The position numbers were made by a program, and so were the translations under genes. This document shows, one piece after another, positions 1 to 7,748 of a stretch of DNA of 64,000 bases (the stretch's first letter is position 1; each line of letters begins with the position of its first letter). This stretch comes from a virus: positions 121,325 to 185,324 of the IMG/VR virus record IMGVR_UViG_3300023202_000142; one strand, given 5' to 3'. A model generated the notes under the pieces. It did no database searches, was not told where the DNA came from, and saw only the letters and a program-made list of their open reading frames with translations.

Positions 1-1
1 A

Positions 2-481
2 GAGCAGTACGAGGCTGCCAAGAGGTGGGTGTCGAGGTGCTATGGGACGTTGATCAGTCTTCAGAATCAGGTGGAGGTCAAGATTCATACTCTGTCCGGG
101 AAGGCTCTGGGGCTTCGGCAGGCGGCCGAGCAGGTCGAGAAGGAATGCCGGAAACACGAGAGTCGAAAAATCGCGGTACAGAACAGTGACGAGGAGGACC
201 CCGCGCGCGCTCGCGTGCTTGGGCGTGACCGAACGCCCGGAACGAGACCGGAGAACTCACTGGCCGATCGGAAACGACAGGAGCATGAAGCTGGGCCTGA
301 TGTGGATGAGGCCGCGGAAGTTGAACCCGAAGAGCGCGTAGCGGAGGATGTGGGTGTGCCCAGCGATCTGGAGACCTTGCTGAAGCGGGAACTGATTACC
401 CTCGCCAAGAGCATGGATATCCCGTTCTACGGCACGAAGAGGGAAATCATCGAGAGGATTGAGGATGCCAACACCGGATAG
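2..481 (+). CDS. 5'-truncated protein with acidic linker and C-terminal SAP/Rho-N (HeH)-like motif
   Basis: Frame is open from the window edge; C-terminus LETLLKRELITLAKSMDIPFYGTKREIIERIE resembles helix-extended-helix nucleic-acid-binding modules. Confidence 0.55.
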   Translation, partial: EQYEAAKRWVSRCYGTLISLQNQVEVKIHTLSGKALGLRQAAEQVEKECRKHESRKIAVQNSDEEDPARARVLGRDRTPGTRPENSLADRKRQEHEAGPDVDEAAEVEPEERVAEDVGVPSDLETLLKRELITLAKSMDIPFYGTKREIIERIEDANTG

Positions 482-914
482 GACACCGGGGGTCTCTCTG
501 GAAGAGGGGCAGGTCTACGAGGACGAAGGGATCGATCCTTCCCAAGAGGGAGAGGTTCGGTACTCCGGTGGCCAGTTCAAGATGCAGGACTCGACTGGGA
601 TCTTCGATCCTCGTACCGGGGGTATCAGTGAAAGTCAGCATGAAGATCTTGACACCCTTGCTCACGACATTGTGGAGGACAGCTACGAGGAGCTGACCTA
701 CAGTGGCAGTAGGGTCACTAACTCTACTGTGTGGACTGATTCTGGGAAGACGACGAAGATTCGCGAGACTCAGATTTCTTACAGCGGCAACAAGATCACA
801 CAGACTATCGACATCCAGTATGATGCCGCCGGGGTCGAAGCCTACCGCCTGACTTCGGTGCTCACGTACTCGGGCAACAAGATTCAGGACATTACTACTA
901 CGAGGACACCCTGA
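465..914 (+). CDS. hypothetical virion-associated protein
   Basis: ATG at 465 with GAGG upstream; stop overlaps next start (TGATG); beta-rich C-terminus. Confidence 0.6.
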   Translation: MPTPDRTPGVSLEEGQVYEDEGIDPSQEGEVRYSGGQFKMQDSTGIFDPRTGGISESQHEDLDTLAHDIVEDSYEELTYSGSRVTNSTVWTDSGKTTKIRETQISYSGNKITQTIDIQYDAAGVEAYRLTSVLTYSGNKIQDITTTRTP

Positions 915-2596
915 TGCCGGTGATAGTGTCACAGGTCCTGATTGATGATTCGTCGGACAAAGTTATCTCCGGTGTCCAGATCTATGATCGTGACAATGGG
1001 GGTGTGTTATCAGTTCCTGCCGGATCTTCATTCCCCTCACCTGCGCAACCCGGTGAGCTGTTCTGGCGCACCGATCTTCAGACGCTCTATCGACGCAATG
1101 ATGGTGACACTGCTTGGGACTCGGTGTCTGTTGATGACACGACCATAGATCATGGCCAGATCTCTGGCCTCGGTGATGATGACCATCCGCAGTACCAAAC
1201 AGACGTGCGAGCAGATACGTGGCTTGGTACCAAAGATACTGACGACCTCGCGGAGGGCTCGAATCTCTACTACACCGAGGGGCGTGTTTCTGCGAATTCC
1301 GATGTCGCAGCAAATACTTCACACCGGAGTACGACAGGTAACCCGCATTCCACCACCGCTGGAGATGTCGGAGCGGTTCCGACAAGTGAAAAGGGCGCCG
1401 CGAATGGGGTCGCGACGCTGGACGCCGGCGCGAAGGTGCCTGCCGCTCAGATTCCCGCTGTTGCGCTCCCCGAAGTCTACGTCGTCGCAGACGCCGCTGC
1501 GAGAACCGCGCTGAGCGTGCAGGAGGGTGACGAGGCAATCCAGCTTGATGACGGGTCGCACTGGATCTACGACGGCAGCTCGTGGTTCTTGCGCCCCGGC
1601 GTGGCGGTTCCCAATGATACGTTTAACGCGGTCGATACTGTGGGAGGCGTTTCGCTTGACGGTGGTTGGACTGATATTCCGTTGACCGTTGTCAACCACG
1701 AGACATCGGGATCATTCACATTCAGCGCACCGTCTGCCGACATCACGGTCGAGAACCCCGGCGTCTATGTCATCGCGGCATACGGAAGCACTGAGAAGAC
1801 AAGCGGTGGCGACCGTAGTGACTCTGAACTACGGCTGCTCGTCGACACGGGTGGAGGCTACAATGTCGTCTCGGGAGCGACAGTCCCGATGTACAACCGT
1901 AATGGCTCTGAGGGTGACAATAACGCGTCGGTTGTCGTTGCTCTTGATCTGTCTGCTTCGGCTCAGGTGAAGATCCAGATGCGGACCCTTGGAGGCTCGA
2001 ATGTCCAGAGTCGGGCGGAAGGTTCGGGTATCACCATTACGTCGACACGGGGACAGAAGGGCGAGAAAGGTGATACCGGCGCAGGCTCCAGTGTCAACGT
2101 CGAGGACGAGGGCGCAGCGATTGGCGGCGGGCCTCACGACACGCTGAACTTCACGGGCGATCTGGTCAGCGTCTCGGATGCTGGAAGCGGTCAGGCGGAT
2201 GTCAGCATTGCGGCACCAGCGAAGGACGATCAACAGGTTTCGGCATCAAGCATCGTCACTGAGACTTCGACGACGGATGTCGTGGTGCCGGGCATGTCGA
2301 TCACGGTTTCGAACTCTGCTGACTATATGCTGTATTTCAGCGGGTTTGCCTCCACAGAGGCCGATGAAGTTCTGTATGTCTCGCTCTACATCAATGGTGT
2401 GCAGATCGCCGATACTGAGCGTGGAATGAGCGCCCCCGGAGGCGGCCCCGTCAATGATGATGTGCAGGGCACGGTGGCGATCACATGTCTTAGCGTTGGG
2501 GCGACTGCGGGAGACGTAGTTGATGTCCGCTGGCGTGTGAGTGCTGGGAATACCGGTCAATTCGAAGGAAGAACTCTCACTGTGCTGGAGCGATGA
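914..2596 (+). CDS. head/collar fibre-like protein with short collagen repeat and C1q/BclA-like jelly-roll domains
   Basis: Fibre motifs DDHPQY, DTDDLAEGSNLYYT, NPHSTTAGDVGA and GAANGVATLD; collagen GQKGEKGDTGAG; beta-rich C-terminal domains. Confidence 0.65.
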   Translation: MPVIVSQVLIDDSSDKVISGVQIYDRDNGGVLSVPAGSSFPSPAQPGELFWRTDLQTLYRRNDGDTAWDSVSVDDTTIDHGQISGLGDDDHPQYQTDVRADTWLGTKDTDDLAEGSNLYYTEGRVSANSDVAANTSHRSTTGNPHSTTAGDVGAVPTSEKGAANGVATLDAGAKVPAAQIPAVALPEVYVVADAAARTALSVQEGDEAIQLDDGSHWIYDGSSWFLRPGVAVPNDTFNAVDTVGGVSLDGGWTDIPLTVVNHETSGSFTFSAPSADITVENPGVYVIAAYGSTEKTSGGDRSDSELRLLVDTGGGYNVVSGATVPMYNRNGSEGDNNASVVVALDLSASAQVKIQMRTLGGSNVQSRAEGSGITITSTRGQKGEKGDTGAGSSVNVEDEGAAIGGGPHDTLNFTGDLVSVSDAGSGQADVSIAAPAKDDQQVSASSIVTETSTTDVVVPGMSITVSNSADYMLYFSGFASTEADEVLYVSLYINGVQIADTERGMSAPGGGPVNDDVQGTVAITCLSVGATAGDVVDVRWRVSAGNTGQFEGRTLTVLER

Positions 2597-3736
2597 ATGG
2601 CTGATACCCCTTACGTCTACTCGTTGGCGGGCGACTTCTCGAATGGGGTCAATGCCGGGCGTCTCGATGAGGAAGTTCGGGCCTCCGATATCGTCGTGGC
2701 CCTACGGGGTGTCTCTGTCGCTGGAGATGACGTCACGGTGACGTTCAAAGCGTCGCTTGACAGCTCTGATGAATCCATTCTTGACGGTATTGTGGCTGCC
2801 CATGATGGCAGTCCTGATGAGCCTGTCCCGGCTCCGGTCGATATTCGCTCGATCACTGCTGACCCTACAGGCGCCTCGAAACTGGGCGTCAACGTGTTCC
2901 CCGCTGAGGGGAGTCGCACGAATTTTATTTCTCACCTCTGGACAGACCCTACGACGTGGTACCAGTCTTCGGTGCGCGTGGTGGATGAGGTCCCAACACC
3001 TCTTGACCCAGACGGCAAACAGTTTCAGCTCGCCAACTCTGATGTGATCGATTCCACTCATGGCAAGCTCTTCATGGAGGACTTCCTGCTGGATGGTGGC
3101 GGGCACTCCTACGCGGTGGAGGTTAAGGTTGACGGTACCCCTGTGCCGATGCAGGACATCGATACAGGAGAAGGCGACTGGAGCATAGATTATGCCGCTG
3201 GCGTCCTGACGATGAACCCCAACGTACCGAGCGGGGCCACGCTGGAGGTCACGTACCATTACGCCACGGTCTCCAAGTTCATCATCAAGCCTGACCCCGG
3301 AAAAGTGCTGCGCATCAAGTCCGCAGAGGTCCAGTTCAGCCGTAATGTCAGTATGCGGGACACCGTTCAGTTCGAGTTTTTCGGCTATGCCGCTGCAATC
3401 GATCCTGATGGTTTCGCGAATGGAGACTACGGCCCTGATCCCCAGACTTTGATCTACGCAACGACACCGAGTCGCTACAAGTCGATCCATAATTTTCTCT
3501 CGGAGTCGAATGGTGTCTATCCGATCCTTCCGGCCACATCGAACGATAGCCCCAACGAACACCGGGACATGCGGAACGATGTTCTGACGTTCCCGTGGAA
3601 TTATCAGGCGTCGATCCCTCTCTACTCCTCTGCCGGGATGCAGATTGTGGTCAGCCTGGTGGATGACAGGCCGCTTGGGGGGGAGTTCGCGACCGCGACG
3701 TTTTACTGCTACTCGGAGGATGACCCAAATGCCTGA
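2597..3736 (+). CDS. virion structural protein
   Basis: 379 aa acidic beta-rich ORF with WSIDYAAGVLT motif typical of virion proteins; translationally coupled. Confidence 0.55.
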   Translation: MADTPYVYSLAGDFSNGVNAGRLDEEVRASDIVVALRGVSVAGDDVTVTFKASLDSSDESILDGIVAAHDGSPDEPVPAPVDIRSITADPTGASKLGVNVFPAEGSRTNFISHLWTDPTTWYQSSVRVVDEVPTPLDPDGKQFQLANSDVIDSTHGKLFMEDFLLDGGGHSYAVEVKVDGTPVPMQDIDTGEGDWSIDYAAGVLTMNPNVPSGATLEVTYHYATVSKFIIKPDPGKVLRIKSAEVQFSRNVSMRDTVQFEFFGYAAAIDPDGFANGDYGPDPQTLIYATTPSRYKSIHNFLSESNGVYPILPATSNDSPNEHRDMRNDVLTFPWNYQASIPLYSSAGMQIVVSLVDDRPLGGEFATATFYCYSEDDPNA

Positions 3737-4124
3737 TGTTAACTGGAAAAAGGTCTCGTATGTCGTGATCGCTGTCTGGATCGTGGGGATCCTGGGGTAC
3801 GATTTGATTCCAGCGCTCACCTCCGAGGATGGCGACACGATCTCGGAGGTTGCTCGGGATCTGGCGTGGGGCTGGCAGACGCTGCCGGCCTTCGTGATGT
3901 TCATGATGGCTCACCTGTTCTGGCATCGGAAGGGTGGTCGGTATTTCCAGTGGTCGTGGGTGTTCATCCCGGTTGTGCTGGCTGGGACTGTCTTGGCAGA
4001 CATTTTTCTTGTCGGAGACCTCAACCCGTTGTGGGTTTGCTTGGTGTACTTCCCGCTGGGTCATCTGGTTTGGCCCCAGGACTCCGAGGAACGGCTGCAC
4101 CCGGGTGCAGGGAACGAGTCATGA
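3729..4124 (+). CDS. small multi-pass membrane protein (about 4 TM)
   Basis: ATG at 3729; four hydrophobic segments. Confidence 0.6.
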   Translation: MPDVNWKKVSYVVIAVWIVGILGYDLIPALTSEDGDTISEVARDLAWGWQTLPAFVMFMMAHLFWHRKGGRYFQWSWVFIPVVLAGTVLADIFLVGDLNPLWVCLVYFPLGHLVWPQDSEERLHPGAGNES

Positions 4125-4483
4125 ATGCATCGGCACAGAAAGGCGCTGAACTGGTGCGTCTGGGGTACAATTTCATTTGCGCATCATGCCCCCACATGCA
4201 GCGCTCTCATGATCGAGGAGAAGAGTCGTGCGGGCGCTTCTCTTGTGGCTTTCACAAGGGTCTGCCGGAGTACGCAGGGCCGGTCTCCAGAGATCTTTGG
4301 CCACACCTGTGCTGGATTTGTGGAGAAGGTGCTGAACTCGGGTTGCATTTTGTTCGGGTCGGCATGATCCTTGGAGCCTGTGATGAGCACCGAGACGTGC
4401 ATCAGCAGTTCCTGGGTGAATCTGAGGCTGCAGGTGTGATAGAGATCACGGGTAGGACCAACGCTATCCATCAGGAGAAGTGA
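4121..4483 (+). CDS. Cys-rich putative zinc-binding protein
   Basis: ATGA overlap; CxxC, CxxxxC, CxxC and CxxH motifs. Confidence 0.6.
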   Translation: MNASAQKGAELVRLGYNFICASCPHMQRSHDRGEESCGRFSCGFHKGLPEYAGPVSRDLWPHLCWICGEGAELGLHFVRVGMILGACDEHRDVHQQFLGESEAAGVIEITGRTNAIHQEK

Positions 4484-5217
4484 TGAACCGAGAACTCCGA
4501 TCAATCGAGCGCGCTGTGCGCTACATGGAGTCCGTCGACGACCTCAACCCGGCCCTTCCTTCACTGAAAACGGGTGTGACCCGTTTGCAGGAGGCGGCTG
4601 GCATGGGGGACATGGGGGAAATGGATCGTGCGATGAAGTACATGTCGCGCGCGATGTCCTCGATGAAGACCGAGATGGACGGCATGGACAACGAGGACTA
4701 CATGGACATGGAGCGCGCGATGAAGTCGATGTCGCGCGCGATGTCCTCGATGAAGGGCAACGCGCCCTCGCACGACTACTCGACCGACGATGGCGAGTAT
4801 GAGGCCGCGATGGGTGAGGGCATCGAGATCAACCCGGACTACGTCGACTCTCTCGAAGAGCACGTCGAGTACCTGGAGGGTCAACTCGACGAGCACCGTG
4901 AGACGCTTCGTCGCGTTACGGAGTGTTACGTGACTGCCAAGGGCCTTCTGGCCCAGCTTGCGCCGCAAGCTCGTGTTGCGGCCGTCATGGAGTCTCTGAA
5001 GGCGCAGGGCATCAGCCCGGCAAACTTCGAGTCGCTGACGATGTTCGAGTCGGAGTTCGATTCTGCGGTCGCGTCTGTCCTCTCCGAGGGCGGCCAGCCG
5101 GTCATCGAGTCGAACCAGGGCGGTCAGCCCACCGGTGATGGCGAGGGCGGTCCGATCTCCGAGAACAGTGACCTGTTCAAGAACATCCAGTACCTCTCGG
5201 GATCCCTGTCGGGCTAA
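4480..5217 (+). CDS. Met/Glu-rich coiled-coil protein, possibly prohead scaffold/core-like
   Basis: Very acidic and helical, internal duplication, several (L/V/I)xE sites; lies upstream of neck/tail genes. Confidence 0.45.
   Translation: MMNRELRSIERAVRYMESVDDLNPALPSLKTGVTRLQEAAGMGDMGEMDRAMKYMSRAMSSMKTEMDGMDNEDYMDMERAMKSMSRAMSSMKGNAPSHDYSTDDGEYEAAMGEGIEINPDYVDSLEEHVEYLEGQLDEHRETLRRVTECYVTAKGLLAQLAPQARVAAVMESLKAQGISPANFESLTMFESEFDSAVASVLSEGGQPVIESNQGGQPTGDGEGGPISENSDLFKNIQYLSGSLSG
4621..4755 (+). repeat. 48-nt direct repeat, 2 copies (4621-4668, 4708-4755), encoding M(D/E)RAMK(Y/S)MSRAMSSMK
   Basis: Near-identical DNA copies read directly. Confidence 0.9.
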
Positions 5218-5934
5218 GTGGCCCGGCACCCGAAGAGCTGGAGGGAGGGTTGGGAGCGCATTGAGTGGGCTTCTGACAACTTCGACCAGGTTCAGATCTA
5301 CGTCGTTCAGCGGCTTGCCGCAGAGTTTGCCGAAGAACTCGGCGCTCAGGGCGAACTCTTGCACCTGATCAAGGTGAGCGACGGTCGCCATCAGTTTTTC
5401 GGTGTCAGTCTTGAGCCGAAGCCGTACCAGGAGGAGCTTGCCGCGATGTCGGACAAGCTCCTTCTTGCGTCTGGGTCTGACGAGGAGGCTCTGCATCGTC
5501 AGATGATGGCGGCGAACCCTTGGGTTTACGATAAGCTGCCCGCCGTGTTTGATTCGCCCGAGGAGGGGTATTTCTATGTCAGGGACACGACGTCCGATGA
5601 GATGGAGGTCGTGGCGATCAGGAATGACGAGGAGATTCGGGATCTTGGTGCGGCGCCAGTGCCGGCATCTACTCGGACGTGGTTTGTGGACGACATCCGG
5701 TTTAACATGCTCCGAGGCGAGTTCGGTCTGGGAGACAATGGCCAGCCGATGTGGCGTCCAGCTCTTCGGCGCTTGATTCGAGATCGATTGCCGGCGATTC
5801 AGGAAGAGGTAATGACTGCGATGTTCGAGGCCAAGTTGACGTTGGATGCTCCGGCGTTCGAGACGAGGTCTCCCGAGTGGCTGAAGGCCAACGAGGAGTT
5901 CGCGGTTATGATGGTCCAGACCACGGCCGTATGA
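5218..5934 (+). CDS. hypothetical protein
   Basis: 238 aa ORF abutting neighbours with matching codon style. Confidence 0.6.
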   Translation: MARHPKSWREGWERIEWASDNFDQVQIYVVQRLAAEFAEELGAQGELLHLIKVSDGRHQFFGVSLEPKPYQEELAAMSDKLLLASGSDEEALHRQMMAANPWVYDKLPAVFDSPEEGYFYVRDTTSDEMEVVAIRNDEEIRDLGAAPVPASTRTWFVDDIRFNMLRGEFGLGDNGQPMWRPALRRLIRDRLPAIQEEVMTAMFEAKLTLDAPAFETRSPEWLKANEEFAVMMVQTTAV

Positions 5935-5938
5935 GGCG

Positions 5939-6370
5939 ATGATGCGAGATCACATGCTGGAAACCGCAGGCGTAGGCGTCGAGAACCCCGTTTTCGACGT
6001 CCAGGCCGTCAACAAGTACCTGCGACGGCTCAACGCGTATCTCGATGGCTCGCTGATGGGCCGCAACGATGCGTTCGACGTTCAGCGTACGACTGATGCT
6101 CCAGGCGAGCAGGCGTTCGAGGAGTACGTCGGGAAGGCTATTGAGTCCATGCTGTCTGACTACAGCATGGACGAGGATGATGCGGTTGAAGTTTTGGCCG
6201 ACGTCGTCAGCGAGGCTGAGGCGATGGGGCTTCTGCCCCCATACCCTGACGCCGTAGATACGGTCCCTGACCAAATGTATTCCGACTGGGTCGCAGCGGC
6301 CCAGTCGATCAGCCTCGGCGCGATGATGCGCAAGTACGCAGAGGACGGTTCGATCAACGGGATCAGGTAA
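5939..6370 (+). CDS. acidic hypothetical protein
   Basis: 143 aa ORF, GAGG upstream. Confidence 0.6.
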   Translation: MMRDHMLETAGVGVENPVFDVQAVNKYLRRLNAYLDGSLMGRNDAFDVQRTTDAPGEQAFEEYVGKAIESMLSDYSMDEDDAVEVLADVVSEAEAMGLLPPYPDAVDTVPDQMYSDWVAAAQSISLGAMMRKYAEDGSINGIR

Positions 6371-6404
6371 CAGCTTGGAAGCTGCGGAAGAACAGAAGGG
6401 GTAT

Positions 6405-7181
6405 TTGGATATCGCGCATTTCGATCGCGCGATTCTGGAGTGTCTTGGCGCGGACTTCATCCCCTCCGCCGGGGGTGATGCTGTTGGGCCGAACTATAGC
6501 CCAGACCCAGACCTCGGTTTCGGGATCGAAACGCCTGATGGTGACCAGGCCCGTGATCCGAGCGATGACCCGAACTGCAAGTTCAAGGCCCCGCGACGCC
6601 AGGCAGATGTTCCGGGCGTGACCGGGTCGGGCGTTGATGGTCGTGTTCCGGTCATTATGAATACGCCGGAGGAGTCCTACAACCGCTACCTGGTGCCAGG
6701 CATCAGGGTTCATCGTTCCTCAATAGATTTCGACCCCACCCGACACCACTCGCATCTCACGGGGCACAAGTATCGGATCCCGTCAAACAATGGTGATCGC
6801 GTTGAGTTGAAGGACGGGCGGGTGGGCTGGACGGCGTACAAGCAGCGCGAGCATGCTGACCCGTACATCTTCACGTACGATATCGAGGTTCGCGCGCGCC
6901 GCGCCCTGGAGGCGCAGACACTCCGCAGGTATGTCTCGAAAAGGCTTCGTCACCAGACGTTCGTTCCGGTGTACGATTCTCTGGGGGACGTCAGCTACTT
7001 CAACATTTTCAGGGACGCGATCATGGAGACGTCCCAGTACATCGATACGCTGAATCGGTTCTACGGCTACATGATGACCTACCGCCTCCAGGCGGAGATT
7101 GACGACTACGATGAGGTCGAGGTGATCGCGCTGACCAGTGAGCCGCAACTCAACATCAGGCAGATCACGGAGGAAACATGA
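6405..7181 (+). CDS. tail terminator / head-tail connector (T4 gp15/gp3-like)
   Basis: Lies just upstream of sheath; VPVIMNTPE..PGIRVHR..IDFDPTR pattern and C-terminal Y.MTY.L.AEID; probable TTG start at 6405 after AAGGGG. Confidence 0.55.
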   Translation: MDIAHFDRAILECLGADFIPSAGGDAVGPNYSPDPDLGFGIETPDGDQARDPSDDPNCKFKAPRRQADVPGVTGSGVDGRVPVIMNTPEESYNRYLVPGIRVHRSSIDFDPTRHHSHLTGHKYRIPSNNGDRVELKDGRVGWTAYKQREHADPYIFTYDIEVRARRALEAQTLRRYVSKRLRHQTFVPVYDSLGDVSYFNIFRDAIMETSQYIDTLNRFYGYMMTYRLQAEIDDYDEVEVIALTSEPQLNIRQITEET

Positions 7182-7684
7182 AGGTCGAACGATGGGTGGT
7201 CGTGAGTGGCAAGCCCGAACTGGTCACTCTCAAGGATGGTCGGGTGGTGTCGTTGCCGAAGGGCAGTGACCCGGTCGAACTCCAGAGGGACTCCAAGTTC
7301 AAACGGCTGGTTGCCGCAAGAAAGCTGCAGTCGGTCATGGTCGATGTGCCTGAACCTGAAGAGGCTGAGGAGACCGAGCCGGAGGAGGAGGAGCCAGAGG
7401 AGCCTGACGAGGAGACCGACCCCGAGCCAGAGGAGCCGGACGAGGAGGCCGACCCCGAGCCAGAGGAGCCGGGCGAGGAGGCCGAGGCAGAAGGGGTCCC
7501 CCTGGGGGACACTGGCCTTCGGTCCTCACTCGTTGCTGCACTTGTTGACGCGGGGTTCGGGACGCTCGATCGACTCAGCGAGAAAGTGCAGTCAGATGGG
7601 CTCTCCAGCCTGCTGGAAGTCCACGGAGTCGGTGAAGGATCTCTCGACGACATCGAGACTCTTCTCGACAATGAATCGAACTAG
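7178..7684 (+). CDS. small pre-sheath protein with Pro/Glu linker and C-terminal helix-hairpin-helix (RNAP alpha-CTD-like) domain
   Basis: GGAGG RBS; C-terminus LRSSLVAALVDAGFGTL..L..LLEVHGVGEGSLDDIETLL. Confidence 0.6.
   Translation: MKVERWVVVSGKPELVTLKDGRVVSLPKGSDPVELQRDSKFKRLVAARKLQSVMVDVPEPEEAEETEPEEEEPEEPDEETDPEPEEPDEEADPEPEEPGEEAEAEGVPLGDTGLRSSLVAALVDAGFGTLDRLSEKVQSDGLSSLLEVHGVGEGSLDDIETLLDNESN
7391..7489 (+). repeat. 3 x 33-nt tandem repeat encoding EPEEP(D/G)EE(T/A)(D/E)(P/A)
   Basis: gagccagaggagcc(t/g)g(a/g)cgaggag(a/g)ccga units read directly. Confidence 0.9.
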
Positions 7685-7748
7685 ATTCTGGTTCTGATTC
7701 GTCGTATCACTAGAGGCGATCAGGCCAGAGCGCAGACAGGAGCTAGCC

